From Candidatus Latescibacterota bacterium (lineage in GTDB: Bacteria; Latescibacterota; UBA2968; UBA8231), in assembly GCA_963422735.1 (NCBI GenBank), contig OY730476.1:1312001-1376000 (forward strand): a stretch of DNA of 64,000 bases, given 5' to 3'. Every line of letters begins with the position of its first letter. Position 1 is the first letter of the stretch. Position numbers and translations under genes: made by a program. Of the stretch, positions 28,158 through 38,598 are shown piece by piece. The notes beneath the pieces were generated by a model that saw only the letters and a program-made list of their open reading frames with translations, did no database searches and was not told the DNA's origin.

Positions 28158-30482
28158 TTACCAAGCCCTCAGTTTGGACATTTCGGTCTGCATGCGGCAC
28201 AGATTGGCGTAGATGCCTTCCTGTGCAATCAGCTCGTCGTGGGTGCCTATCTCGGCGAGTTTCCCCTCGTCGAGGATGAGCAGGCGGTGTGCGTTTTTGA
28301 GGGTCGATAAGCGATGGGCAATAGCAAAGGTGGTGCGCCCTTGGACGAGCCGCTCCAACGCATCCTGAATCTGCGATTCGGTCTGGGTATCGACGTTGGA
28401 GGTAGCTTCGTCGAGGATGAGAATGCGCGGGTCGCGCAAAATGGCCCGGGCAATGGACAGCCGTTGCCGCTCGCCTCCGGACACGCGGGTGCCGCGCTCG
28501 CCTACCAAGGTGTCGTAGCCATCGGACATTTTCATGATGAAGTCGTGCGCATTAGCGGCCTTGGCCGCGGCCACGATCTGTTCGAGAGAAGCTGCGGGAT
28601 GGCCGTAGGCAATGTTGTCGGCCACCGTGCCGTTGAAGAGGAAAGGATCCTGCAAGACCACGCCAATCTGCTCGCGCAGCGATTTGAGGTTCACTTGGCG
28701 GGTGTCGTGGCCGTCGATGAGGATGGCCCCCTCCTGCGGCTCGTAGAAGCGGCAGATGAGGTTGATCAAGGTGCTCTTGCCAGCGCCGCTGTGGCCGGCC
28801 AAGCCGATCATTTCGCCCGGCTCGACGGCGAAGTTCAAATCCTCAATGACCGGCTTGTCTTCCTCATAGCCGAAGTGGACGCCACGAAATTCGACCCGGC
28901 CCTCGATGGGCGGCGTGATTAAAGCTCCAGGTTGATCGATCACCTCTGGGTGCGTATCGAGCACTTCAAAGACGCGCTCGGCCGAGGTGGCGGCGCGCTG
29001 GAAGCGGTGATTGAGGCGGCACAAGCTCTCCACTGGCCCGTAGAAGCGATACATGTAACTAGTAAAGGCGACAAAGGCCCCCAACGTCAGCTCACCGGCT
29101 AAAATATCGCGACCGCCGACCCACCAGATGATGATGGTGCCGATGGAGGTTATAAAGGCCATGACCGGGCCGAACAGGCTGCGCATCCACGCCACCCGCA
29201 ATTCGCCCTGCAGCAGATCGAGGTTGCGGCCCTTGAATTTGCCCACTTCCCGCTGTTCTTGGGCAAATGCCTTGACCACGCGCACCCCTGGGATGGTATC
29301 GGCCAACAGGGAGCTAAGGCCGGCCCAGCGGTGCCACAAAGGCCGGTAGATGGCGTGTAGCTTCCGGCCAAAGCGCAGCGTCGCCCACACCAACAGAGGC
29401 GTTGGCAGCAACACGAGGGCCGCCAACCCAGGATTGAGCGCAAAGAGGATGACGCAGATAATGACCAAGGTGAGCACATCGCGGATGGCTTCTTGCAAAC
29501 CGTCGCTGATAAAATCCTGCAAGCGGCCCACGTCTTGGGTGACGCTGGCCATAATGCGCCCGGTCTCGTTTTTGTTGTAATAACTAAGCGACAGCGCGTG
29601 GAGATGAGTGTACACCTCGTTGCGCAGACCGTAGGTGACGCGCTGGCCAATGCGGGCCATGATGTAGCCGCGCAGCCCCGACAAGCCGCTGACGGCGAGG
29701 TTCATCCATATCAACAAGCCCACCAGCCAAGCCAGCGCAGCGACTTTATCGTCTTCGGACACAGGCAGAAGAGCTAGCAAATCAAAGCCCACTCCATCGC
29801 TCGTAGACGAAAGGGCGCCGGCATTCAAAACATCGTCAATGAGAACTTTCATTAGCAGCGGCTGGCTCAAACCAATGGTCGTGGCCACCACCATGAGCAG
29901 CAGGCTCAGAGTAATGAGCTGCCAATGCGGCTTGGCATAGCCCAACAGCCGAAACAGCAGCTTGCCCTTTTCCAGACAGGCCGGGCATACTCCGTAGTGC
30001 CGCGGAATTACTTGGCCGCAGAGGTCGCAGCGCTTGCGCCCAGCCCGCGCCCCAGCCAACCGCCCGTGGAGTACTTGGCCATCGGTCTCCGCCGAGCGGG
30101 CTTGCTTGACCAAGCGCTCGACCTGATTGGGCAGTTCAGAAAGCGCTGGCACCAAGCTCTTGGAGAATACGGCCACGGTCGCGCCCCGCTCCTCGGTGCG
30201 GACCTTGAGAGCCGCGGTTCCCCAATCCTCGCGCACCTCCACCCCGCTTATTTCGTTCAGGGGCAAGCAGACCATATCGGGCGTCCCACCGCTGTCGGGG
30301 CTGAAAGCCAACAGCAGGTCGTCGGTGGCCATTAGCCACGCCTCGCCGTACTGGCCGTCGAGCTTAATATCGGTAGTTACCGCCAAGCGGAACTCTTCGT
30401 CGGGGCCTACTACCTCGGCCAGTTCGCGCCGAACCTGTGCTGGCACCGCCGTGCGAAAAGGCGGTTCTGCGTTTTCTGCCAT
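28158..30482 (-). CDS. ABC exporter (TMD+NBD) with N-terminal extension and Zn-ribbon
   Basis: GHSGAGKST, SGGERQR, ILDEATS, IAHRL; CDLC...CPAC before the TMD. Confidence 0.95.
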   Translation of the reverse strand: MAENAEPPFRTAVPAQVRRELAEVVGPDEEFRLAVTTDIKLDGQYGEAWLMATDDLLLAFSPDSGGTPDMVCLPLNEISGVEVREDWGTAALKVRTEERGATVAVFSKSLVPALSELPNQVERLVKQARSAETDGQVLHGRLAGARAGRKRCDLCGQVIPRHYGVCPACLEKGKLLFRLLGYAKPHWQLITLSLLLMVVATTIGLSQPLLMKVLIDDVLNAGALSSTSDGVGFDLLALLPVSEDDKVAALAWLVGLLIWMNLAVSGLSGLRGYIMARIGQRVTYGLRNEVYTHLHALSLSYYNKNETGRIMASVTQDVGRLQDFISDGLQEAIRDVLTLVIICVILFALNPGLAALVLLPTPLLVWATLRFGRKLHAIYRPLWHRWAGLSSLLADTIPGVRVVKAFAQEQREVGKFKGRNLDLLQGELRVAWMRSLFGPVMAFITSIGTIIIWWVGGRDILAGELTLGAFVAFTSYMYRFYGPVESLCRLNHRFQRAATSAERVFEVLDTHPEVIDQPGALITPPIEGRVEFRGVHFGYEEDKPVIEDLNFAVEPGEMIGLAGHSGAGKSTLINLICRFYEPQEGAILIDGHDTRQVNLKSLREQIGVVLQDPFLFNGTVADNIAYGHPAASLEQIVAAAKAANAHDFIMKMSDGYDTLVGERGTRVSGGERQRLSIARAILRDPRILILDEATSNVDTQTESQIQDALERLVQGRTTFAIAHRLSTLKNAHRLLILDEGKLAEIGTHDELIAQEGIYANLCRMQTEMSKLRAW

Positions 30483-30517
30483 GCTGCGTTCCGTCTCCTT
30501 CGGGCATTTGCCCCTTA

Positions 30518-30678
30518 GAAGCTGTCTGAAAACCCACCTTGGGGCGCGTTGAGCAAGCCGTAGAAACCCTCTTCGTCATTCCCGCGAAAGAACGTCGCCC
30601 CGTGCCCTGGCACGGGGCGGGAATCCAGCCGCTATCGTCTGTACCAAGGGACGGCCGCCAGAGTTTTCAGACAACTTC
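30518..30678. mobile_element. MITE, 161 bp, with 16-bp TIRs and TTA target duplication
   Basis: GAAGCTGTCTGAAAAC / GTTTTCAGACAACTTC, one mismatch; TTA on both flanks (30515-30517, 30679-30681). Confidence 0.8.
30575..30628. repeat. GTCATTCCCGC-type REP with a second hairpin nested in its loop
   Basis: GTCATTCCCGCGAAAG-AACGT-CGCCCCGTGCCCTGGCACGGGGCG-GGAATCCA. Confidence 0.8.
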
Positions 30679-30707
30679 TTAAGCTATGCGACACCAGTTG
30701 CGTCGGT

Positions 30708-30817
30708 TCTAGGACGCCCACAAGGGACGCCCCTACGTTCCATGATATGGCCATTCTGTGCGACGGTCTCTAGGATGTCCACAAGGGACGCTCCTACATA
30801 TGGGCCATTCTGTGCGA
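30708..30817 (-). repeat. Two GTAG-type REP copies in a tandem duplication
   Basis: Minus strand GTAGGRGCGTCCCTTGTGGRCRTCCTAG twice, each next to GGCCATTCTGTGCGA on the + strand. Confidence 0.8.
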
Positions 30818-33800
30818 TGTGCGCATCACCCGCTTGCTCCACAGCGCCAGATCGTCCAACAGCGAATAGAGGGTTGGGGCCAGCATCAAGGTTAGCAGCG
30901 TCGAGGTGGCCAAGCCGCTGGCGACGACCAAGCCCACCGGTCCCCAGCGGCGGGCAAAGCCCTCAGACGTGCCATAGACCATCGGCAGCACGATCGGCAT
31001 CAGGTTGAGGATGGTGGTAAAGGCGGTCATCAGGATGGGTCTGAGTCGGTGCTGGCCGCCGAGGCAGATCGCCTCGCGCCGCGACAGCCCGCTCGCCCGG
31101 AGGTGGTTGATATGGGCTATTAGCACAATGCCGTTGTTGACGACGATGCCGAAGAGGATCAAAAGCCCCAAGGCACCGTTGTTGTCAAAGGGCACATCGA
31201 GGACATATAGCCCCAAGACCACGCCGATCAGGGAGAAAGGGATGGCGAAGATAATGGTGAAGGGATGGATCAGGGACTCGAAGAGCGAGGCCATAATGAG
31301 GTAGATTAGCAATACGGCAAAAATGGCGGTGAAGTTATTGTCGCTAGCCTCCTCTTGCTCCCAGCGCGCCGCCCGGCCCAAATCCCAGCTATAGCCGGGG
31401 GGTAGCTGCATTCCGTCCATCATCTGGCGGATCGGTTCCATCAGCGCACGGGCTGCGTTGCGGTCTTCGGTGTTGGCAAAGATGGTGATGTTGAGGACCC
31501 GATTCTCGCGTCTGAGATCGCGAGAGCCGCGGCCAAGCTGGAAGTCGGCCAACGACGCGAGCTGGACCGAGCTGCCATCGCGGCTCTCGTAGCGGCTGTT
31601 TTTGAGTTGTTCGAGGGAGGTGCGGTCGCCTTCGTTGAGCTGCATGACGATGTCGATTTCGCGGTCGTCGCTTTTGAAGCCGCTCGTGCGGCGGGTGCCC
31701 AACGCTGCAGAGATGCCTTGGGCCACCTCGCGCGGCGACAGTCCATAGCTGAGCGCTTGGGCGCGGTTGATCTCGACGCGGACTTCCTCCTCGCCATCTT
31801 CGAGGCTGCTATCGACGTCTTGGACCCCAGGGAGCTGTTCGAGACCGGCTTTGACGTCCTCCATCAGCACTGCTAGGACTTCTGGATTGCGGCCGTGGAG
31901 TTGGACTTCGACGCCGAGCTGGTTGCCGCTCCAACTGCGCGAGCGGCCCATTTTGTACGTGTAACCCACCTTTTCTGGCAGCAGTTCCTTGATCGCGTTG
32001 CCCGCCTCCATGGTCGACAACTTGCCGGCGTCGGCATCGACGAGATAGGCGCGAATGCCGCCTCGGCGCTGGCCGAAGCGGGTAGTGAGCGATTCGAGGT
32101 CGAGCGAATCCTTTTGCGCTAGGAGAATATCTTCGATTTGGTCGAAGTGCTCTCGGATTTCCTCCAGACTGTAGCTGCGGTCAATGAGCACCGACATATC
32201 CACCCGGCGCTCCGGGGTCCAGGGGGTGCCGCGCTGTTCGATTTGGTCGTAGAGGTAATAGCCGGTGCCGGTCAGCACCACCGTGGCCAATAGCGCGACC
32301 CAGCGGTGGTCGAGGGTCCAGTTGAGCAGGCGGCCGTACGAGGCGCGCAGGCCGTGGCGAGAACAGTACCAGCCGAGCGCGGCCCCGGCCAGCGCAGTGA
32401 GCGCACAGCCGACGATGGTCTGCCACTGCATCCCGCCGACTGAGGTGGCGATCAGCCCCGACCAGCGGACCCACCAAAACTGCAACCCGCTCCAGCCAAC
32501 GGCACTGACCTCCCAGTAGGCAATGCCCACCACGACCGCGACTACTAGTAGCTTGAGCCAGCGGTCGTAGCGCTCGATCCCAGTGCGGAGCAGCCGGGAG
32601 GAAGCCAGCGGTATCAGCGACAACGCGACGATCATCGACACCACCACGGCGAGGCATATAGCGATCCCGGCGTCCTTCATCCACGCGGCCGAGCGGCCAT
32701 CGGAGAGGAAGAAGAAGGGGACGAAGACGCAGATAGTCGTCAGTGCCGAGGCTAGGACCGCCATACCGACTTCGCGGCTGCCGACGCGGGCGGCCTCATC
32801 GGCTTCGAGGCCGTCTTCTTGGCGGCGGCGGAAAATGCTCTCCAGCACCACCACCGCCGGATCGACCAACATCCCCACCGCCAGCATCAGTCCCATCATC
32901 GAGACCATATTGAGGGTGATGGTCGATTCAAAGACCTCGCGGGCGACATACATGCCAATAAAGACGCACAACGCCGAGGTGGGGATGGCGAGAGCAATGA
33001 CGATAGTCGAGCGGATATTGCGCAGGAAGACGAAGATGATAATCATCGCCAAAAATGCGCCCAGCAGCGCCGAGTTGAGGAGGGTGCCGGCTTCCGCGAG
33101 CACGGACTCGGCGCGGTTGCGGACGATGGCAATCTCAAGTTGGCCCGCGTATTCGGCTTCGAGCGTTGCAAGCTCGGCGACGACGACCTCGCCGACATCG
33201 ACGACATTGGCGGTAGAGGCTTTGAAAATTTCCAGTTGCAGTGCGTCGATGCCGTTGAGCCGCTCATAGCTGCGCTTTTCGGGGAAGCCGTAGTTGATCT
33301 CGCCGATGTCGCCGAGGCGAAACTGACTACCCAAAAGCGGCATGCTGGCAATATCCTCGGCGCGGGAGAACTCGCCGATGGCGCGGACCATATAGCGCTG
33401 GTCGCCATCCATGACCCGGCCCAAAGAAATGTTGGTGTTGTTTTGGTTGAGCTGCCAGCCGAGCGAGGGCAGCGATATATTGTGGGTCTGCAGGCGCTCT
33501 TGGTCGAGCTCGACGATGAGTTGTTTTTCTTCGAGATCGTCGATGACCACGTTGGCGACGCCATTGAGCCGCAACAGTCGCGGCTCAATGACTTTCTGGA
33601 TTACGTCGAGCAGGCGATCGCCGTCGCCGCGCCAAGCCAGATTGGCGTACACAATGGGGCGCTGATCGGACTGCCAGCGGCGCAGACTGACGCGATCGAC
33701 ATCTGCGGGGAGGAGGGCGCGGGCTTGGTCGAGTTTTTCGCGCATCTCCATGTTGGCCAAGTCCATGTCGGTGCCGGCCTTAAAGTCAACGCGCACCTCC

Positions 33801-34066
33801 CCTCGATTGCGCCCCGAACTCGAACTAATGCGGTCGATATTGTTGAGCGTGCCCAGCGTCTGCTCCAGCGGCAGGGTCACCAAGCGCTCGATCTCTTCGG
33901 GAGAGGAGCTGTTGTACTGAACTCGAGCCGTGATCCCCGAAGAGGAAATACTCGGCAACTGTTCCATGGGCAAGCGGTCTAAGGCGACGAAGCCCACCAC
34001 CAAGGCACAGAGGGTGATCATCAACGTGGTCACGGGCCGTTTGAGCGAGCACTCCGACAGGGACAT
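30794..34066 (-). CDS. RND efflux permease (AcrB/MdtC-like)
   Basis: KRPVTT, GMLVDPAVVVLESI, GIVVNNGIV, RLRPILMT. Confidence 0.95.
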   Translation of the reverse strand: MSLSECSLKRPVTTLMITLCALVVGFVALDRLPMEQLPSISSSGITARVQYNSSSPEEIERLVTLPLEQTLGTLNNIDRISSSSGRNRGEVRVDFKAGTDMDLANMEMREKLDQARALLPADVDRVSLRRWQSDQRPIVYANLAWRGDGDRLLDVIQKVIEPRLLRLNGVANVVIDDLEEKQLIVELDQERLQTHNISLPSLGWQLNQNNTNISLGRVMDGDQRYMVRAIGEFSRAEDIASMPLLGSQFRLGDIGEINYGFPEKRSYERLNGIDALQLEIFKASTANVVDVGEVVVAELATLEAEYAGQLEIAIVRNRAESVLAEAGTLLNSALLGAFLAMIIIFVFLRNIRSTIVIALAIPTSALCVFIGMYVAREVFESTITLNMVSMMGLMLAVGMLVDPAVVVLESIFRRRQEDGLEADEAARVGSREVGMAVLASALTTICVFVPFFFLSDGRSAAWMKDAGIAICLAVVVSMIVALSLIPLASSRLLRTGIERYDRWLKLLVVAVVVGIAYWEVSAVGWSGLQFWWVRWSGLIATSVGGMQWQTIVGCALTALAGAALGWYCSRHGLRASYGRLLNWTLDHRWVALLATVVLTGTGYYLYDQIEQRGTPWTPERRVDMSVLIDRSYSLEEIREHFDQIEDILLAQKDSLDLESLTTRFGQRRGGIRAYLVDADAGKLSTMEAGNAIKELLPEKVGYTYKMGRSRSWSGNQLGVEVQLHGRNPEVLAVLMEDVKAGLEQLPGVQDVDSSLEDGEEEVRVEINRAQALSYGLSPREVAQGISAALGTRRTSGFKSDDREIDIVMQLNEGDRTSLEQLKNSRYESRDGSSVQLASLADFQLGRGSRDLRRENRVLNITIFANTEDRNAARALMEPIRQMMDGMQLPPGYSWDLGRAARWEQEEASDNNFTAIFAVLLIYLIMASLFESLIHPFTIIFAIPFSLIGVVLGLYVLDVPFDNNGALGLLILFGIVVNNGIVLIAHINHLRASGLSRREAICLGGQHRLRPILMTAFTTILNLMPIVLPMVYGTSEGFARRWGPVGLVVASGLATSTLLTLMLAPTLYSLLDDLALWSKRVMRTSHRMAHM

Positions 34067-34076
34067 AACTAACCTC

Positions 34077-37000
34077 CTAAGCGCTGCGATCCAGTAGGGT
34101 ATAGACCACGGGGATGAGCACCAGAGTCAACAAGGTGGATACCAAAAGCCCGCCGATGACGGTAATGGCCATGGGCGCGCGGATCTCGGCTCCTTCGCCC
34201 AGCCCTAGGGCCATGGGCAATAGCCCGAGGACGGTGGTTGAGGTCGTCATTAGGATCGGCCGGAAGCGCACCTCGCCGGCGCGCAGCACGGCAGCAAATT
34301 TTTCCATTCCTTCGTCGCGGCGCAGGTGGTTGATATAATCGACGAGGACGATGGCGTTGTTGACGACAATACCGGCGAGCATGATCAGCCCAATAAGCAC
34401 TACCACGCTGATGGTGGTGCCGGTCGCGAGTAGGCCGAGGGCGCTGCCGATCAGCCCCAAGGGAATGGTGAACATGATGACTAGCGGGTGCAAAAGCGAT
34501 TCAAATTGCGAGGCCATCACCAAGTAAACTAGGAATACGGCCAACAGCAGGGCGAATTTCATGCTGTCAAAGGAGCGGACCATTTCCTCGTTCTGGCCGC
34601 CGATCGACACGGTGAAGCCCTCGGGCAGGGGCAAGTCGGCAAGGGCCGCTTCGATCTCTTCTACTACGCCGCCCAGATCTCGTCCTTCGAGGTTGGCCGA
34701 GATGACGGCAACGCGCTCTTGGTCGAGGCGGCGGATCTCGGCCGGGCCGTCCACAGCCCGCACTTCGGCGACTGATTCGAGCGCGACCGGCACGGGGTAG
34801 GAGGTCGGGCTGACGATCATCTGCTCGAGGTCGGCGACCGTCCGGCGCTCCTCGTCGAGCGCGCGAACTCGGATATCGACTTTGCGGTCGCGGCGCGCTA
34901 GCTCGGTGGCGACATCGCCTTGCAGCTTGTTGCGCAACAGCTCGCCGATATTCTGCACGGTGGTGCCCAGCTCGGCGACGCGCCGGCGGTCGAAAAAGAT
35001 CTGGACTTCGGGTTGGCCGCCGGCCGTGCTCGAGCGGATGTCGGTCAGCCCGGCGATGGGGTGCAGACGCTCGATCGCTTGATCGGCCAACAGATCGAGG
35101 GTGTTCAGACTGTAGCCGCTGATTTCCACTTCTATCGGGGTGCGGAAGGAAAAATAAGCTGGCCGCGAGAACTTGAACTTCAGGTCGGGAATGCGGCCGA
35201 GGAGGCTGCGGGCTGCTTCGATGGCTGCGTCTTCGCCGACCTCCGGCGCGAGCCGCACGTGGAGATGGGCGGTGTGCTCCTTTTTATCCGCAGCCGTGCC
35301 ACCGGTCTGGGCGCTGCTGCCGACGAGGGCAAAGACCGAGGCGATTCCATCGAGACCGCGGATCTGCCTGTCGATGGCGGCGACTTGGGCGGCGGTCTGC
35401 TCTAGCGGGGTGCCAGCGCGCCATTCGAGATCGACGAGGAATTCGCCTTGGCTCATCTCCGGGATCAGCTCTAGCCCCAAGCCGCGCGCCCGTTCGAGGA
35501 CTAAGGCCCCTAGCACAATAAAAATTGCGAGGACCAGCAAGCGCCGGCGCAGCGCCCAGCTCAAAAGGAGCGGATACGTTTTGTTAAGCGCGTTGAAGAC
35601 AAGATCGAAGAGCCAGTACAGCGGGAAGAGCAGGGTGGAAAAAAAGCGGCCGCCACCGCCGGCTGTGGCGCGGATCAGGCGGATGAGAAGGGCCGGGCCT
35701 TGGACGCCGCGTTTGGGGCCGCTCTCTTCTGCCTCGGCAATCATCCTCTCGAGGCTCAGCGACGAGAGCATGGGGATCAGCATCAGCGCCACCACGAGGG
35801 AGGCGACCAACGAATAGGTGACGGTCAATGCTTGATCGCGGAAGAGCTGGCCGGCGACGCCCTCGACGAAGACGATGGGCAAAAAGACGCAGATGGTGGT
35901 GGTGGTGGCGGCGATGACGGCGCGGCCGACTTCGCTGGCTCCGCGCACGGCGGCGGCCAAGATATTAAGCCCTTGATCGCGATAGCGCTGTACGCTTTCC
36001 AAGACCACGATGGAGCTATCAACCAGCATCCCGACCCCCAACGCCAGCCCGCCCAGCGACATGATATTGAGGCTTACGTCCGACCCGAACATCAAGAAAA
36101 AGGTCGCTACCACCGAGAGGGGAATCGACAGGCCGATGATGGCGGTGCTTTTGAGGTCGCGGAGGAAGAGGAAGAGCACGACGACGGCGAGGATGCCGCC
36201 GATGATGGCGGTGTTGAGCACCTCGTCAACGGCTTGTTGGATAAAGGTCGCTTGGTTGAAGACAACCTCCATGCCGCTGTCCTGAAGCAGCGAGGCGTTT
36301 TCTGCGAGAAATTCGTCCAAGCGCTCCTGTACCGCCGTGCTGACTTGGACGGTATTGGCGTCGCCTTCCTTGAAGACTGAGACCTCGACGCCCTCGCGGC
36401 CGTTAATGCGGGTCACGAGGTCGCGCTCGCGGTGGCCGCGGAAGACGCGGGCCACATCCTTGAGCTTGATCGGTGCGCGGTCGATCTGACCGATGACGAT
36501 CTCGCCGATCTCGTCTATGCCTTGGAACTCGTTGAGGGTCCTGACGAGAAACTCGGCCGCGCCGTCTTTGAGCACCCCGCCAGTTAGGTTGACGTTTTCC
36601 GCGGCGAGGCGGCTGGTGACCTGATTGATGGAGATGCCGAGGTGAGCTAGGCGCTGGGCTTCGACCTCGACTTGGATCTCCTCCTCTAGGCCGCCGTTGA
36701 TCCTGACAGCTGCTACGCCTTCGAGACTCTCGAGGTCGGGGCGCAGCCGCTCTTCGGCAACGCGCCGCATCTCCATCAGGCTCAACTTGCCGTAAAACGC
36801 CAAGCGCATTACCGGGTCGAGCGAGGGATCGAAGCGCAAGAGGATGGGCTTTTTGGCGTCGCGCGGTAGGTTGGCCAAATCGAGCTTTTCGCGGATGTCG
36901 AGCGAGGCAAAATCCATATTGGTGCCCCAGCCGAACTCGACGACCACATCTGAGATGCCCGGCCGCGAAATTGACGAGACGCGGACCACGTTGCTGACCA

Positions 37001-37217
37001 CGCCGACTAAGCCCTCGACCGGCTCGGAAATCAGGCGCTCCATCTCGAGGGGAGCCACGCCCTCGTATTCGGTGCGGACGGTGATCGTGGGATAGGTGAT
37101 GTCGGGGAGGAGGTTGACCGCTAGGCGCGAAAAGCCCACCCCGCCGAAGGCGATGATCGCCACCATCAGCATCGCCACCGTGACGCGGCGACGAGTGGAA
37201 AACTCGACTAGTTTCAC
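34077..37217 (-). CDS. RND efflux permease (AcrB/MdtB-like)
   Basis: GMLVDSSIVVLE, GIVVNNAIVLVD, RFRPILMT, PMAITVIGGL. Confidence 0.96.
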   Translation of the reverse strand: MKLVEFSTRRRVTVAMLMVAIIAFGGVGFSRLAVNLLPDITYPTITVRTEYEGVAPLEMERLISEPVEGLVGVVSNVVRVSSISRPGISDVVVEFGWGTNMDFASLDIREKLDLANLPRDAKKPILLRFDPSLDPVMRLAFYGKLSLMEMRRVAEERLRPDLESLEGVAAVRINGGLEEEIQVEVEAQRLAHLGISINQVTSRLAAENVNLTGGVLKDGAAEFLVRTLNEFQGIDEIGEIVIGQIDRAPIKLKDVARVFRGHRERDLVTRINGREGVEVSVFKEGDANTVQVSTAVQERLDEFLAENASLLQDSGMEVVFNQATFIQQAVDEVLNTAIIGGILAVVVLFLFLRDLKSTAIIGLSIPLSVVATFFLMFGSDVSLNIMSLGGLALGVGMLVDSSIVVLESVQRYRDQGLNILAAAVRGASEVGRAVIAATTTTICVFLPIVFVEGVAGQLFRDQALTVTYSLVASLVVALMLIPMLSSLSLERMIAEAEESGPKRGVQGPALLIRLIRATAGGGGRFFSTLLFPLYWLFDLVFNALNKTYPLLLSWALRRRLLVLAIFIVLGALVLERARGLGLELIPEMSQGEFLVDLEWRAGTPLEQTAAQVAAIDRQIRGLDGIASVFALVGSSAQTGGTAADKKEHTAHLHVRLAPEVGEDAAIEAARSLLGRIPDLKFKFSRPAYFSFRTPIEVEISGYSLNTLDLLADQAIERLHPIAGLTDIRSSTAGGQPEVQIFFDRRRVAELGTTVQNIGELLRNKLQGDVATELARRDRKVDIRVRALDEERRTVADLEQMIVSPTSYPVPVALESVAEVRAVDGPAEIRRLDQERVAVISANLEGRDLGGVVEEIEAALADLPLPEGFTVSIGGQNEEMVRSFDSMKFALLLAVFLVYLVMASQFESLLHPLVIMFTIPLGLIGSALGLLATGTTISVVVLIGLIMLAGIVVNNAIVLVDYINHLRRDEGMEKFAAVLRAGEVRFRPILMTTSTTVLGLLPMALGLGEGAEIRAPMAITVIGGLLVSTLLTLVLIPVVYTLLDRSA

Positions 37218-38503
37218 TCGCCTCTACCTCGACCTTGCCCGCGCCTCGGTGGGGGCCCGCCGCCCTGCTCGCGCAGTGCGCGCAGACGTTGGCGCAAGCT
37301 GTCGGGCAGGGGTTTGCCCTCGCGGCGGTACTCGGCTATGACTTGGCGCAAGCTGTCGGGCAGGCCACCGCCCCAGCCGCCTCTAGCCCCGGGCGGGCGG
37401 GCGCCTTCGCCAGACCCTAGGCTGGCCAATTCCGCCGGGGCCGGTAGCCCCTCGCCGGCCAGCCGCACGGCCACTCCGTCCTTGAGGCCCTCGTGGCCGA
37501 TGGTCACTACTTGGTCGCCTTCTTTGAGGCCGGAGACGATCTCGACTTGATCGCCCTCGACAAAGCCCAACTCGACGGCGACCCGGCGCACCTTGCCGTC
37601 CTCGATGAGGAAGACATCGTCCTCGTCGGTTTCGAGGATTAGGGCCTTCTTGGGGATGATCAGGGTCTGGGGGCGACGCTCGGTAATAATGCGCACCGTA
37701 GCGAACATCCCCGGTTTGAGTACGCCGCCACTGGCAACTTCGAGGGTGACCTTGACGGTGCCGCTGGCGGGATCGACCTCTGGACTAATCATGCGGATGC
37801 GGGCGCGGAAGCTCGTGTCGGGCAGGGCCTCGACCGCGATGGTTGCCTCTTGGCCGGGGTGCAACTGGTACATGCGCTGCTCGGGCGCGAAAATTTTCAC
37901 CAGCAGCGGGCTGAGGTCGGCGACGACGAAAACTTCTTGATTGCCGCGCACTAGGTCGCCCAATTCGACCAACCGCTGGGTGACAATGCCGGCAATCGGC
38001 GCGGTAACGTCCGCGTACGCGAGATTGAGCTGGGCTTCTTCGAGGGCTATCGTGGCGTTGTTCAATCGGAGGTGAGCCGTATCGTATTCGGATTGGCTGA
38101 CCATGCTGCTCTCGTGCAGCGCCTTGATGCGGTCGTAGTTGGTACTGGCGTCGGCAAAAGTATCTTCGGCTTGACGCGAGTTCAGGATCAGTTCGTCCTT
38201 GTTAAGGCGGACCATCACTTGGCCTTGGCGCACGCGGTCGCCCTCTTCGGCTGCTAGCTCCTCGACTAGACCGGTCGTTCGCGCCAAGACGCTGACTCGG
38301 CGCTCGGCTTCGAGGCGGGAGTACGTCTCAATGTATGCGTTCATGTCGCCGCGAGTGACCTTTTCGCCTTTGACCGGAATGGCTGCTGCTTCGCGCCCGC
38401 CCCAACCGCCGCGCCGGGTGTTCTGTGCTGCTTGCTCCTCGCCGCAGCCTAGCGCGAGGAGCAAGACGCTGCCGATGTACAACGCATATTGGCGAGCTGT
38501 CAT
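37214..38503 (-). CDS. RND membrane-fusion (periplasmic adaptor) lipoprotein
   Basis: LALGC lipobox, EEGDRVRQGQ, APIAG, LKPGMF, GLKEGDQVV. Confidence 0.94.
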   Translation of the reverse strand: MTARQYALYIGSVLLLALGCGEEQAAQNTRRGGWGGREAAAIPVKGEKVTRGDMNAYIETYSRLEAERRVSVLARTTGLVEELAAEEGDRVRQGQVMVRLNKDELILNSRQAEDTFADASTNYDRIKALHESSMVSQSEYDTAHLRLNNATIALEEAQLNLAYADVTAPIAGIVTQRLVELGDLVRGNQEVFVVADLSPLLVKIFAPEQRMYQLHPGQEATIAVEALPDTSFRARIRMISPEVDPASGTVKVTLEVASGGVLKPGMFATVRIITERRPQTLIIPKKALILETDEDDVFLIEDGKVRRVAVELGFVEGDQVEIVSGLKEGDQVVTIGHEGLKDGVAVRLAGEGLPAPAELASLGSGEGARPPGARGGWGGGLPDSLRQVIAEYRREGKPLPDSLRQRLRALREQGGGPPPRRGQGRGRGE

Positions 38504-38569
38504 CTGGAATAGGCCCTAGTTGTGTGTGTTTTGTCCACAGCGTTCCTTTCTTTCGCGGGTGTCGTCAAG

Positions 38570-38598
38570 AAGTTAGATGAGGCTTCGATCTTTGTCAA
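38570..38598 (-). promoter_or_regulatory. Sigma70-type promoter of the RND operon
   Basis: Minus strand TTGACA (38598-38593), 17 nt, TAACTT (38575-38570). Confidence 0.7.

Noticed and set aside
32819-33982. 387-aa + strand ORF
   Set aside because: Antisense shadow of the RND permease
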